From Candidatus Bathyarchaeum tardum (GTDB taxonomy: Archaea; Thermoproteota; Bathyarchaeia; Bathyarchaeales; Bathyarchaeaceae): a DNA stretch of 64,000 bases. Shown in pieces: positions 1-9,990 of the stretch (within the stretch, counting starts at the first letter, position 1; every line of letters begins with the position of its first letter). Location of the stretch: positions 2,088,573-2,152,572 of the forward strand of contig CP122380.1 in NCBI GenBank assembly GCA_024650005.2. The letters are read 5' to 3'. The notes under the pieces were generated by a model. It was not told the origin of the DNA. It ran no database searches and saw only the letters and a list, made by a program, of their open reading frames with translations. A program made the translations under genes and the position numbers.

Positions 1-455
1 AGGGCTTGGGTGCCGTTCATTACTCCTAAGGCAGGTAGGATGCCAACTACTACTGAGATGGGCATTCCGTAGAACACGGGAAGCAAGAAGTAATTGGCTA
101 TAGTCATGATTACTGTTCGGGACGTAACTGACGCGATGGTTTTGGAAAGGAATCCTTTGCGTATTGCAGCAAAAGCGAGTATTGTTGCTAATTCTGCTAT
201 GATTTTAAAGATTCCACCGTAAATATTTCCACGCAAGAAAATGAAAGAACATCCAATGAGGCAGGTGTATATTGCTCCGATTGGACCAGTGAAAAGTAGA
301 CTGATCATCATTGGCATTCCGGTTAGGTCCCATGAGACTCTGTCGTAAAGGGGAAAAGGAATGTCAAAAGGAGGTCCAGGTATTATTTCAAAGACCCCGC
401 TTAGAGCTGCTAGCATGCTAGCTACTGCAAGTTTTTTGGTGTCTAATTTGAGCAT
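1..455 (-). CDS. ECF transporter S component (3' end runs off the window)
   Basis: Manual translation from ATG at 455: MLKLDTKKLAVASMLAALSGVFEIIPGPP...VSWDLTGMP...GPIGA; AxxxA motif in TM1, hydrophobic. Not in ORF track. Confidence 0.8.
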   Translation of the reverse strand, partial: MLKLDTKKLAVASMLAALSGVFEIIPGPPFDIPFPLYDRVSWDLTGMPMMISLLFTGPIGAIYTCLIGCSFIFLRGNIYGGIFKIIAELATILAFAAIRKGFLSKTIASVTSRTVIMTIANYFLLPVFYGMPISVVVGILPALGVMNGTQA

Positions 456-520
456 AAGGGTTTCACCCAATAATAAAGAAGGGTGTACGCTAAATCATAT
501 TTATATTTTTCGAAAAACAA

Positions 521-538
521 TATGTCATTTTTGCTAAA
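521..538. promoter_or_regulatory. Putative operator, copy 1 (TATGTCATTTTTGCTAAA)
   Basis: 16/18 match to 874-891; lies upstream of the ECF S gene. Confidence 0.45.
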
Positions 539-552
539 TCATATTGATTGAT

Positions 553-852
553 TTACATCATCTTCTTAACTGCAGCAACACACTGTTTAATCAGCTCAGC
601 ATTTTTTAAATAAATAACCCGGGAACGCCCAACATCATAGACGCCCACTAAGCCACATTCTTCAAGCACCCCAATGTGACGGTAAACTGCAGCATAGTCC
701 TTTTCAATCACTTGAGCTACCGCCTTTATATGCAAGGGCCGCTGGGTTTCACTTATTAACTCAATGATTTTGAGTCTTGTTGGACTACCCAAGGCGCTGA
801 ATATTGCAGAAACTTGTTGCAGTTGCTTTTCGTCAATCATAAATAACCACAT
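553..852 (-). CDS. ArsR/SmtB family HTH transcriptional regulator
   Basis: FSALGSPTRLKII...AVYRHIGVLEECGLV winged-HTH pattern. Confidence 0.85.
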   Translation of the reverse strand: MWLFMIDEKQLQQVSAIFSALGSPTRLKIIELISETQRPLHIKAVAQVIEKDYAAVYRHIGVLEECGLVGVYDVGRSRVIYLKNAELIKQCVAAVKKMM

Positions 853-873
853 TTATTGTGTATGCATCTAATT

Positions 874-891
874 TATGACATTTTCGCTAAA
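874..891. promoter_or_regulatory. Putative operator, copy 2 (TATGACATTTTCGCTAAA)
   Basis: 16/18 match to 521-538; lies upstream of the ArsR gene. Confidence 0.45.
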
Positions 892-970
892 CATCATTTA
901 GTTGTTACCAAATTGGGTGCAAGCATGAAAACTGTTTTATTAGTAAAAAGTTAACCTGATTTGACCCAAA

Positions 971-2104
971 ATGAAAAGCCGAATAATTCCGTTAATTGTA
1001 GTGTTTGTTCTTTTGCTTTCAACCATAACAACTACAGCTGCTGGAGCAAACTCAAGCCCAAAAACAATCACTGTCCCTGACGATTACAAAACAATCCAAG
1101 AAGCAATCGACGCCGCAAACAGTGGTGACACCATTGCAGTTAAAGCAGGAATTTACAACGAAGAATGGGTTTCTATAGAAAAATCTGTTTCAGTGATTGG
1201 AGACAACCAAAAAAGTGTGCTAAAATATCACAGTTCTTTGGGATTAATCGTAACAGCAGATAACGTGCATATTAATGGATTCACTGTAACTGGTTTTGAC
1301 CCCATGCAAGGTTACGCTATAAGCGTATCAGGAGCAAAGGGCTGTGTTATCACAAACAATCAACTAAAAGACAATCTGGTTGGAATCTCGGTTTATGGTG
1401 CCTCATCAAGGAACACGGTTTCAGAAAACGTTGTAACCCACAACAACCGCTCCATAGAACTCATTAACGCTCACAACAACATGATTACAGAAAACAACAT
1501 AACAGCTGCATTGATTTCGGGAATTTCCCTTGATGAATCCACAGGCAACACCATCTCCAAAAACAGGATTTCAGAACTAGCAGATGGAATGGGAGCTCTT
1601 ATGTTATGGAAATCCTCAAACAACACGGTAACCAAAAACTTGTTGAATAAAGGAACCTTATCAATTCTGGTTGGCTCCACCGGCAATACAATTTCAGAAA
1701 ACTTTGTAATAAAAAGCACATACGGCGTATACGTCGGACAATCTTCAGGAAACAAATTTTACCGCAACTACTTCCTTGACGTTAACCAGCCAGTGCTTGA
1801 CAGTCAAACATCTCCAGATTTATTTTCAGAAAACAGCTGGGACAACGGCATTGAAGGAAACTACTGGAGCGACTACAACGGAACAGACACCGATAATAAC
1901 GGAATAGGGGATTTTGTGTATCTCCTATATGGAAACAACCAAGACAATTATCCCCTTATGGATTTTCCTGCAATTTCAACAGAACCTGAGGCACTCTCAA
2001 AACCCAGTACACAGAATAGGTTACCTTCAGAAATAATAATAGGAATTGTGGTTATTGCAATCATCATCTCCATTGTAGCAACAATGAAACTGCGGAAAAA
2101 ATAG
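971..2104 (+). CDS. Secreted right-handed beta-helix (NosD/pectin-lyase fold) surface protein with C-terminal TM anchor
   Basis: Signal peptide, ITVPDDYKTIQEAIDAA, Asn-rich repeats, GNYWSDY, C-terminal TM + KLRKK. Confidence 0.85.
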   Translation: MKSRIIPLIVVFVLLLSTITTTAAGANSSPKTITVPDDYKTIQEAIDAANSGDTIAVKAGIYNEEWVSIEKSVSVIGDNQKSVLKYHSSLGLIVTADNVHINGFTVTGFDPMQGYAISVSGAKGCVITNNQLKDNLVGISVYGASSRNTVSENVVTHNNRSIELINAHNNMITENNITAALISGISLDESTGNTISKNRISELADGMGALMLWKSSNNTVTKNLLNKGTLSILVGSTGNTISENFVIKSTYGVYVGQSSGNKFYRNYFLDVNQPVLDSQTSPDLFSENSWDNGIEGNYWSDYNGTDTDNNGIGDFVYLLYGNNQDNYPLMDFPAISTEPEALSKPSTQNRLPSEIIIGIVVIAIIISIVATMKLRKK

Positions 2105-2121
2105 TATCAATCAGTTTTTTG

Positions 2122-2922
2122 TTATCTATTTTTTCTGAAACCCAACAAAGAACGAACCGAAATGCTGCCATCATGTTTTTTCAGAGCAGCAGTTACGGCT
2201 TTTTTGGTTGCAACTGCAATCAATTCACCCATTTTTGTGTGTCCACTGGTGCATTGAATGGCTCTTTTAGAACCGGTTCCCGAAACGATGATTACATGGT
2301 CGGTTCCTGTTCCAGTAGCCTGCTTTTGGGGAGTTAAACTGCTTTTGATTTTTAAATCTTGAAGAACAGCAGTTTTTGCTTCAGTTACAGTAATAATTGC
2401 CCGTGCCATCGCCGAGTCTGTTAACTTCGAGTTTGTTAAAACAATGATGTTGATAGTTCCAAGGGGACTAACATATATTCCGTTTCTTTCAGTCCAATCT
2501 GCTTTGTCTACACCCATACGAAGGGCGTTGCCTCCTGTGCCTGCAGAAGCAAAACAACATACTTTGAATTCTTCATAACTTTCTTTGGATAATGCAACGT
2601 GTTCCATGTTTACAGCCGTATTCAAAAGGGCAATTTCTTCAGGAACCAAACCTAACGTCTTGATTACTTTGTGGTCTATGCCTAAATCAAAATCAACGGG
2701 CAATTGGTCTCCAAAACTTTTTCGCACTTGCTCAAACAAACCCCCATCAACGTAAGCGTTACCAACAAAATTTACTTGTTTGAACGACTCTTTGGTAGAA
2801 AAAACTCGACGCTGATGCTCAAAAGAAACAAGTAAGGTATTAAGCTGGAACCCATCGCAAACATTGTAAACTAGCTTAGCTTTGACACCATCTAAACCGA
2901 TGTCTATTGGTTTTTCTTTCAT
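2122..2922 (-). CDS. cbiZ: Adenosylcobinamide amidohydrolase
   Basis: GTINII, TEAKT, ATGTGTD motifs. Confidence 0.85.
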   Translation of the reverse strand: MKEKPIDIGLDGVKAKLVYNVCDGFQLNTLLVSFEHQRRVFSTKESFKQVNFVGNAYVDGGLFEQVRKSFGDQLPVDFDLGIDHKVIKTLGLVPEEIALLNTAVNMEHVALSKESYEEFKVCCFASAGTGGNALRMGVDKADWTERNGIYVSPLGTINIIVLTNSKLTDSAMARAIITVTEAKTAVLQDLKIKSSLTPQKQATGTGTDHVIIVSGTGSKRAIQCTSGHTKMGELIAVATKKAVTAALKKHDGSISVRSLLGFRKNR

Positions 2923-2959
2923 TTCTTACCCTCCAGACACCCAAAGAGTGAATCTAAAA

Positions 2960-4069
2960 CTAATTATTGGAACCACCAAAAAAGCTTGTTATCTGTTTTT
3001 GCTGGTTTTCTTTTCTAGACAGACTGGAAACAGTAACACCTACCCTTCTCGCTTTTACGTCTGATTCTTCAAAGAATTTTTTGAAAAGTTCTTTCACTTC
3101 ATCTTTTAGGATTTCCAAACTACTTGTAGAATTCTCAAAAGTGTTAGACCTGCTATGAACTTCCAGATTATCTCCAACAACTCGTATGGTCACGGTCCTG
3201 TAAAGCAACCCTTTAGCCAATAATCGGGCATGGACATCTTCACAGAGTTGGTAGGCTTTGTTCAAAATAACCGTCAAGTCTTGGGTGTCCTCTTTAAGGG
3301 TCGAAATTCTACCAACAGATACGGGATCACCCCGTTCTTCAACTGGATCATCATCAATTCCTAGGGCGGCGTTATGAAAATAGGCACCTAGTTTTCTTCC
3401 AAAAAGATCTACCAACTGTTGCACGTCAAACTTAGCCAAATGACCAACAGTATGGACATTCAAAGTTTCAAATTTTTTTTCTGTCTTTTTTCCAACACCA
3501 ACTAAACTGCGAACAGGCAATGGCGCCAAAAAACTAAGCACATATTCGGGAGGAACAACAGTTAACCCGTCTGGTTTTTGGTAATCAGCAGCAATTTTAG
3601 CTACAAGCTTGTTTGGTCCAACCCCTACAGAACAAGTAAGTTGCTGTTGGCTGAAAACTTCATTTTTGATTGTTTTTGCCAACTTTTTAGCCCTTAAGTA
3701 ACTGCCCCGGGTTTTTTGAGTTACATCCAAGTATGCTTCATCTACACTAACTTGCTCAAAACGGTCAGCGTAACTTCGCAATACATCCATTATGCGGTCT
3801 GAAATTTGCCCATAAAAGGGTTTGTCTACAGGCAAAAACACGGAATCTACGCCTTCAAGTCGTTTTTTAGCAAGAGAAATGGGAATTCCAGATTTAACCC
3901 CATATTGTCGGGCTACATAATTTGCTGTGCTTACTGCTCCGCTGTCTTGGGTTCGCCCAGAATACACACAGACAACAACTGGTTTGCCTTTTATGGAAGG
4001 ATTTCGGCGTTCTTCACATTGAGCAAAGAAATAATCCAAATCAACCAACATCACAATTCTGGCATGCAA
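2960..4069 (-). CDS. dinB: Y-family DNA polymerase IV
   Basis: VDLDYFFAQ, STANYVARQYGV, SVDEAYLD, KPDG. Confidence 0.95.
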   Translation of the reverse strand: MHARIVMLVDLDYFFAQCEERRNPSIKGKPVVVCVYSGRTQDSGAVSTANYVARQYGVKSGIPISLAKKRLEGVDSVFLPVDKPFYGQISDRIMDVLRSYADRFEQVSVDEAYLDVTQKTRGSYLRAKKLAKTIKNEVFSQQQLTCSVGVGPNKLVAKIAADYQKPDGLTVVPPEYVLSFLAPLPVRSLVGVGKKTEKKFETLNVHTVGHLAKFDVQQLVDLFGRKLGAYFHNAALGIDDDPVEERGDPVSVGRISTLKEDTQDLTVILNKAYQLCEDVHARLLAKGLLYRTVTIRVVGDNLEVHSRSNTFENSTSSLEILKDEVKELFKKFFEESDVKARRVGVTVSSLSRKENQQKQITSFFGGSNN

Positions 4070-4117
4070 AATTTGGCAGCCCCATTAAACCAGTAAACAC
4101 TAGATAAACTTTGAGAG

Positions 4118-4612
4118 TTGGAAGTTAATAAACACTCCAAAAATAACAAACCATTCTTTTGTTTTCTATTAGAACAAGTTATATTATCAGACAGCTCAGT
4201 AATAATCATGAATGCATGTATTCTATATTACTCACAAACAGGGAACACCAAAAAATTTGCAGAAAAAATATCAAATTCTCTAAAAATTCCCACAACATAT
4301 GACATGACAAGCAATGACGCCTCCGTTGCAAAACAACATGACATAATAATTCTTGGAACCCCAGTTCACGGATTTAATCCCTCAAAAGAATCTATAGAGT
4401 TTGTGAAACAGTTACCAGAAGGCAACGGAAAAAAAACAATCTTGTTCTGCACATACAGACTATGGAAAGGCAGAGTCTTTAGCAAACTGAAAGGCGAACT
4501 CAAAAAGAGGGGATATAGCACTATTTTGTGTGTTTCAGCAAAAGCTAAAGAATTCACTGACGCTGACTTTATTGCTCCTGTGCAAAAGATTGTAGAAACA
4601 ATAAAAGAGTGA
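4118..4612 (+). CDS. Flavodoxin family protein (true start probably MNACILYY at ~4208)
   Basis: YYSQTGNTKKFA and ILGTPVH FMN-binding motifs. Confidence 0.85.
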   Translation: MEVNKHSKNNKPFFCFLLEQVILSDSSVIIMNACILYYSQTGNTKKFAEKISNSLKIPTTYDMTSNDASVAKQHDIIILGTPVHGFNPSKESIEFVKQLPEGNGKKTILFCTYRLWKGRVFSKLKGELKKRGYSTILCVSAKAKEFTDADFIAPVQKIVETIKE

Positions 4613-4623
4613 AAAAAGAGCCC

Positions 4624-6873
4624 CTACTTGTCTTGGACCGATTCTTCGTCGGTGTTAACCAAGGATTCTCGCAGGTAATCGTCTAAAGTTTCCCCTGGAA
4701 CTACTTCGATGCTGTAGTCTTGAGGCTCAATAGAATGCTTGTAGTTCTTTGCTGGAACTATAACTTTTTTGAAGCCCCACATTTCTGCTGCTTTAATTTT
4801 TTCGTGAACTCCGCCAACTGCAGTAACAGGAACCACGTCGTGAACTCCAACATTAATTTCTCCGGTAACTGCGACGTCTTGCCTGATGGGTTTACCCTCT
4901 AACAAGGAACAAAGAAGAATAGTCATGGTTACTCCTGCGCTTGGTCCGTCTACACGATAAGCCTGAGCAAAATCAATGTGTGTAAAGAATTCTTGGGCAA
5001 TATCAACACCGTATTTTTGTAAAATTACACTTCGGACTTTGCATACACTATCGGCGATGAACTGTTCTTGTCCTTCTTTGGCAATTCCGGTAACATTGTA
5101 GTAACCACGCAGGGATTTGTCAAATCGTTTGTCCCGTTTTTCTAAGAAGCCTTTGACAGCAAGAACGTTTCCAGTCATTTCTCCACTGTATGAATCTTTG
5201 ACTACAGCAACACCATAAATCTGCCCTAACTTGGAACCTTCGGGACTGATATCCAAAAGTTGTCCCCGTTCGCTCATTTGATGTTCAAGAATCTGTTTTT
5301 GGATCGTTTTACAGTGATTCTCAATGGCTTCTTTTACGTGCTTCGCTTCGACAAACTTTAGGTCTTCGTTCATGGCCAAAGTGCCTGCTGTTTTCACTAT
5401 GGAAATCATTGGCCGAAGTTTAGTGGACAAGGCATTGTTTTTATTGCTTCTTCTGCGACCTTCGTTAATTATTTCTTCACAGGCTTCTTTGCTGAAAGGA
5501 AGCAGCCTAAAACGAGAAACCTCTTGGGCAATAAACTGAACATACTTGCGGCGGTTCTCCATAGTGTTAGGCATGGTATTGTTCATGCGCACTACTTTGC
5601 CGTAACCATATATTCGATCCATCAACGCGGGATGAACTTGCCCGATGCTGTCGTAGTTCCCGGCACCCACTAAAAAGCACATACAAGGCACAGGTTCAGT
5701 AGCTACAGACATTGCTGCTGTTCCGCTTGCTCCCCCTAATCGGCTGCGCATAGTTATCGGTAACTGACCATCCTCTAAAACAGTCAACAAAGTAATTGCT
5801 TCATCAGGTGCCATGTTTTTTATTTCGTCAATGTATAAGATGCCTTGATGAGCACGGTGAACCCCACCGGCGGTTACTCTTTGATGTTCAGGAGTTCCCA
5901 TTCCTCCAGTCTGGAAGGGATCCCATGCAATACTTCCAAACAGTTGAGCAGAGCCATGTCCAGTGGCATCAATAAAAGGCGCAGCTTTTTTGGAGTTGTC
6001 AACTATGAGTTTTGGAACCTTAGAAGATTTTGCTCCCCCAATTCCTTTGGCGCCCCCCATTATGCCGAATCGTCCTAGCACTGTTACTAGAATCAGGAAC
6101 ATGAGCATCATTCCTGCCGGCAGAAAAGTTGTAGTTCCAATGGCCACGAAATTGTCTAACATGAAACTACCGAAGTTGCCATTGTACACAGTTTGAACAG
6201 GCTCACCAAAGGCGCCGGGCACGTTCATGTCCCATGCAAGTTTTTCTTGCCAAAGGTAATAGAAGCCTGCAAACATGAAAATTGAAGCAACAATAATCAT
6301 CAAATAGATTATTGCTTTTACTCCAATGCGTTGAAGGAACTGCCGTTTTGCTTCTTTGAGTTTTTGTTTTAAAAGAATTTTTTTCCCGTCACCTGCAGGG
6401 TGGGAAGAAATTTTTGGTTCACCTGGAATGATGTCATTTTGCCAGCATACTACATCTTGGAGTTTAATGTCTTCTTTTTTGTAAAGTTCAGTTAAATGAA
6501 CCGAAAGGGCACGACCAATCAAAGATTTACCCGTGCCGGGATCTCCAAGCAAAAGCAAATATGGACCAGGAGGAGCAGTTTTTGTTACATTGGGTTTTTC
6601 TTTGTCGGGGTCTGTCCATGCGTCGTACCATTTTTCTTGCTTGAGGTTTTTTAGTTTGTGAACCCATTCTTCTAAACAAAGATAACACTCATCAAGGGCA
6701 CGTTCTTGCCCGATAACCCATTCAAGAAGATTATCAGAAACGGGATAACCCTTAGTGGACTCAAAATTTTTCCAGTCCCAGTTTTTGCCCCTGATAACTT
6801 CTGTATCTTCCCCGAAGTAGTCCAAGTTCTTAACTCCTGCCTTTTTTTGACTAGCAACATGTGCAGTTTGCAC
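4624..6873 (-). CDS. lonB: Archaeal membrane-anchored ATP-dependent Lon protease (LonB)
   Basis: Walker A GDPGTGKS, TM insertion, HRAHQGILYIDEI, DGPSAG catalytic Ser, EKI Lys. Confidence 0.9.
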   Translation of the reverse strand: MQTAHVASQKKAGVKNLDYFGEDTEVIRGKNWDWKNFESTKGYPVSDNLLEWVIGQERALDECYLCLEEWVHKLKNLKQEKWYDAWTDPDKEKPNVTKTAPPGPYLLLLGDPGTGKSLIGRALSVHLTELYKKEDIKLQDVVCWQNDIIPGEPKISSHPAGDGKKILLKQKLKEAKRQFLQRIGVKAIIYLMIIVASIFMFAGFYYLWQEKLAWDMNVPGAFGEPVQTVYNGNFGSFMLDNFVAIGTTTFLPAGMMLMFLILVTVLGRFGIMGGAKGIGGAKSSKVPKLIVDNSKKAAPFIDATGHGSAQLFGSIAWDPFQTGGMGTPEHQRVTAGGVHRAHQGILYIDEIKNMAPDEAITLLTVLEDGQLPITMRSRLGGASGTAAMSVATEPVPCMCFLVGAGNYDSIGQVHPALMDRIYGYGKVVRMNNTMPNTMENRRKYVQFIAQEVSRFRLLPFSKEACEEIINEGRRRSNKNNALSTKLRPMISIVKTAGTLAMNEDLKFVEAKHVKEAIENHCKTIQKQILEHQMSERGQLLDISPEGSKLGQIYGVAVVKDSYSGEMTGNVLAVKGFLEKRDKRFDKSLRGYYNVTGIAKEGQEQFIADSVCKVRSVILQKYGVDIAQEFFTHIDFAQAYRVDGPSAGVTMTILLCSLLEGKPIRQDVAVTGEINVGVHDVVPVTAVGGVHEKIKAAEMWGFKKVIVPAKNYKHSIEPQDYSIEVVPGETLDDYLRESLVNTDEESVQDK

Positions 6874-7066
6874 GTACCTTGATTATAGCCCGTGCTGTCC
6901 TGAAACTGAAAAACAATAAATGAAAAGATAAACTGCTATTACCAAAAGCAAAACATTCCGAAACGGTAGTATAGTTGCCATTTCTGGGTTAGTTTTTGTG
7001 CAAGAAGATTTTATTAGTGAGTTGGTTTGGAACTGTTAGTTACAAGGTAATTGGATGTAAACCAGG

Positions 7067-7867
7067 ATGAAAAACAACATTGCAGTTATTGGCGCAGGCG
7101 TAATTGGCGGTTCTGTTACAAAGAGCCTTTTGAAAAGTGGACATAAAGGCAAAATTACAGTAGCCGACGTTCAACTGGAAAAAGCTAATGAACTAGAAAA
7201 CATGGGTGCAGTATTAACCAGTGATAATAAAAAGGCAGCAAAAAATGCTGATGTTGTTTTTTTGTGTGTGAAACCAAACATCTTAAAGTCAGTTTTAGAA
7301 GAAATCAGCAAAGAAGTTGAAGGCAAACTTGTGGTTTCTACAGCTGCAGCGGTTACTGTTCAGTTCTGTAAACGGGTAGCACCTAAAGCCCGTATTGTAA
7401 GAGTAATGCCTAATGTTGCTATTTCGGTGCAAGAATCTTTCACTGCTTATTGTTGTGACAACGATGTAACTGAGCAAGACAAGCAAACTATCAAAACATT
7501 TCTGGATTTGATGGGAAAATCCATGGAAATTGATGAAAAATACATGGATGCAGTAACTGCAGTCAGTGGAAGCGGACCGGGATACCTTTCAATTATTGTA
7601 GAGGCTCTAGCCTACGCGGGCTTAAAAGTTGGTTTGCCCCGAGATTTGGCGTTGCAAAGTGCAGCTCAAGCAGTTTTGGGAACTGCAAAACTTGTTTTAG
7701 AAACAGGACTAAGTCCTGCTCAGATACGGGACAATGTTACAACTCCAGGTGGAACCACCATTGAGGCAATTTATGAAGTTGAAGGCAGCCAGATCAGGCA
7801 AGCTTTAGTTCGAGCTGTTGAAGCAGCAACCAAAAAGAGTGAAACCATCAGAAAAAACTGGGAATAA
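7067..7867 (+). CDS. proC: Pyrroline-5-carboxylate reductase
   Basis: RVMPN, SGSGP, VTTPGGTT. Confidence 0.95.
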   Translation: MKNNIAVIGAGVIGGSVTKSLLKSGHKGKITVADVQLEKANELENMGAVLTSDNKKAAKNADVVFLCVKPNILKSVLEEISKEVEGKLVVSTAAAVTVQFCKRVAPKARIVRVMPNVAISVQESFTAYCCDNDVTEQDKQTIKTFLDLMGKSMEIDEKYMDAVTAVSGSGPGYLSIIVEALAYAGLKVGLPRDLALQSAAQAVLGTAKLVLETGLSPAQIRDNVTTPGGTTIEAIYEVEGSQIRQALVRAVEAATKKSETIRKNWE

Positions 7868-7909
7868 CCATTTAGTTAACCAAAAAGTTAATCCAATAAA
7901 AAAAGAAAA

Positions 7910-8443
7910 GTGAATACCATGTCAAAAGAACAAATTGTAGTTTTAATGGGTTCTCCCCGAGATCTTCCTTTTGCTTCCAAAATTAAAGAGTTTTTGGAAA
8001 AACAAAAGTTTCCAGTAGATTGTGTATATACTGTTGCTTCGGCACATCGGACACCAGAAAAACTGTTAAAGGAACTCAAAGAATACGAAAAATGTAGTGT
8101 GCCCCTTGTTTACATTACAGTTGCAGGATTATCTGACGCCCTTTCAGGAGTAGTTGCAGGGACAACCGTTCATCCAGTTATTGCATGCCCTCCAGACTCT
8201 GACCAACACGGAGGAGCCAAAGTGTTTTCTTCCACTGCAATGCCTACTGGAGTTCCTGTTGCATACGTTGTTAAACCAGAAAATGCTGCGTTAGTAGCGT
8301 TACGAATTTTTGCCATAGCTAATCCAGAACTCCAAAAGTCCCTAGACAAGTATAACAAAAAAATGGCTAAAGCAATCTACGATGGCGACGAAGAAGTAAA
8401 AAAAGTAACACAAAAAAAACACGTTAACCGCCTTGCAGTTTAA
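7910..8443 (+). CDS. purE: AIR carboxylase / N5-CAIR mutase
   Basis: MGSPRD, SAHRTP, PVIACPP, MPTGVP. Confidence 0.9.
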   Translation: MNTMSKEQIVVLMGSPRDLPFASKIKEFLEKQKFPVDCVYTVASAHRTPEKLLKELKEYEKCSVPLVYITVAGLSDALSGVVAGTTVHPVIACPPDSDQHGGAKVFSSTAMPTGVPVAYVVKPENAALVALRIFAIANPELQKSLDKYNKKMAKAIYDGDEEVKKVTQKKHVNRLAV

Positions 8444-8474
8444 CTAAAGATCTTAGATTATTCACGGAACCATT

Positions 8475-8497
8475 AAGGAACAAATCTTGTGTTCCTT
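8475..8497. terminator. Hairpin between convergent purE and pyk
   Basis: AAGGAACA-N7-TGTTCCTT inverted repeat. Confidence 0.3.
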
Positions 8498-8571
8498 TGG
8501 AATTCCAGAAAAAAAACCGGTTTCCAACAAAGTTGCATCTATTAATTAGTAATAGGAACTGTTGACTAGAT

Positions 8572-9957
8572 TTAATTCACCGTTTTCTTAAATTCCAAAA
8601 GTTCCTTGAGAGTATGTATTTCGATAAGATTGCTTGAATGGGGCATTTTTGTTCGAAAGGCAGCAGTGAACAATACCAGATCTTCGATGTGCAGCAGTTC
8701 CATTTTGTGCAGTTTAATTGCAACAGACATTAACCGGTCGTCTTTGTTAGTGTAATCGTAGTGTACTGGAACAACCCCGTAGACTAGCTCAAGTTGCTTT
8801 TTGATTTGCAGGTTTGGGGTAACCGCGATTATGGGACTTTCAATTTTAAAACGAGAAATCATTTTTGCAGTATAACCAGACCGTGTTAAAGTTACAATTT
8901 TTGTTATAGGCATGCTAGTGCAAATCTTGTGTATAGACCAACTTACGGTGTCGGAAATGTTAACAAAACCTAGTTTTCGCACTGAATTTCGGGTTGCTTT
9001 TTGAGCTTCTACTGCGATTCTTGCCATCATCTCTACTGCATCTACAGGATATTTTCCAACTGCGGTTTCTCCTGAAAGCATAGTTGCATCTGTTCCATCT
9101 AATATGGCGTTAGCTACGTCGCTAACTTCGGCGCGGGTTGGATTTGGGTTATGCATCATGGATTCCAGCATTTCTGTAGCAGTAACTACGGGTTTCCCTT
9201 CTTGGTTGCACATTCGGATTAACGATTTTTGAACTAAAGGCACTTTTTCGGAATCAATTTCTACGCCTAAGTCCCCTCGGGCAATCATTATAGCATCGGA
9301 TGCTTCTAAAATTTCTTTAAAGTTTGTTATGCCTTCAAAATTTTCAATTTTAGAAAGAACAGCCCCTTCAAAACCTTTTGCTGCTGACCGCAGTTTTGTT
9401 ATATCTTTGGCGTTTCGGGTAAAAGATAAAGCCAAAAACTCTGCATGATATTTTTTGGCAAAGTCTATAATTTTTTTGTCCCGCTGTGAAAGGGTTGGAA
9501 CACCAAGAATCTTGTTTGGAACGTTAACTCCTTTGCCGTTAGATATTATGCCTCCACGTTCCACCAATAAAACTAAAGATTTATTGTCTTTTTCGATAAC
9601 TGCAGTTTTGATTTTGCCGTTGTCAATGTAAACTATGTCCCCAATGTTCATTTCGGCAATAATGTTGTGATTAAAACTGATGGATTCGCCACTAAAACCA
9701 ACGTATAGCTTGTCACCTATATTGACTATTTGTTGGTCTTCTGTTCTTAACCGAATTTCGGGACCTTTTATATCAATCATTATGGGCAGGTCAGATAATT
9801 TTCGAATATTATCAACACTTTGCTTGTAGCTTTCAAGGTCACCGTATGCGGTGTTTATTCTAACACAGTTCATGCCTGCTTGGAGCATTCCCTTTAAAGT
9901 TTCAGTTTCAACACTAGCCGGACCAATCGTGCATACGATTTTGGGTTTCTTTAGCAA
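8572..9957 (-). CDS. pyk: Pyruvate kinase
   Basis: KIVCTIGPAS, MIARGDLGVE, PTRAEVSDVANA, LSGETAVG. Confidence 0.95.
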   Translation of the reverse strand: MLKKPKIVCTIGPASVETETLKGMLQAGMNCVRINTAYGDLESYKQSVDNIRKLSDLPIMIDIKGPEIRLRTEDQQIVNIGDKLYVGFSGESISFNHNIIAEMNIGDIVYIDNGKIKTAVIEKDNKSLVLLVERGGIISNGKGVNVPNKILGVPTLSQRDKKIIDFAKKYHAEFLALSFTRNAKDITKLRSAAKGFEGAVLSKIENFEGITNFKEILEASDAIMIARGDLGVEIDSEKVPLVQKSLIRMCNQEGKPVVTATEMLESMMHNPNPTRAEVSDVANAILDGTDATMLSGETAVGKYPVDAVEMMARIAVEAQKATRNSVRKLGFVNISDTVSWSIHKICTSMPITKIVTLTRSGYTAKMISRFKIESPIIAVTPNLQIKKQLELVYGVVPVHYDYTNKDDRLMSVAIKLHKMELLHIEDLVLFTAAFRTKMPHSSNLIEIHTLKELLEFKKTVN

Positions 9958-9990
9958 CTAACCTGTCACCTAAAATATGAAAAGGGGTTT

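Noticed and set aside
4624-6873. Possible intein in LonB
   Set aside because: No intein splice motifs; the length is explained by the TM insertion
8500-8530. TTCCAG...TTTCC as a possible ORB origin box
   Set aside because: Poor match, no G-string, single copy, no cdc6/orc1 nearby
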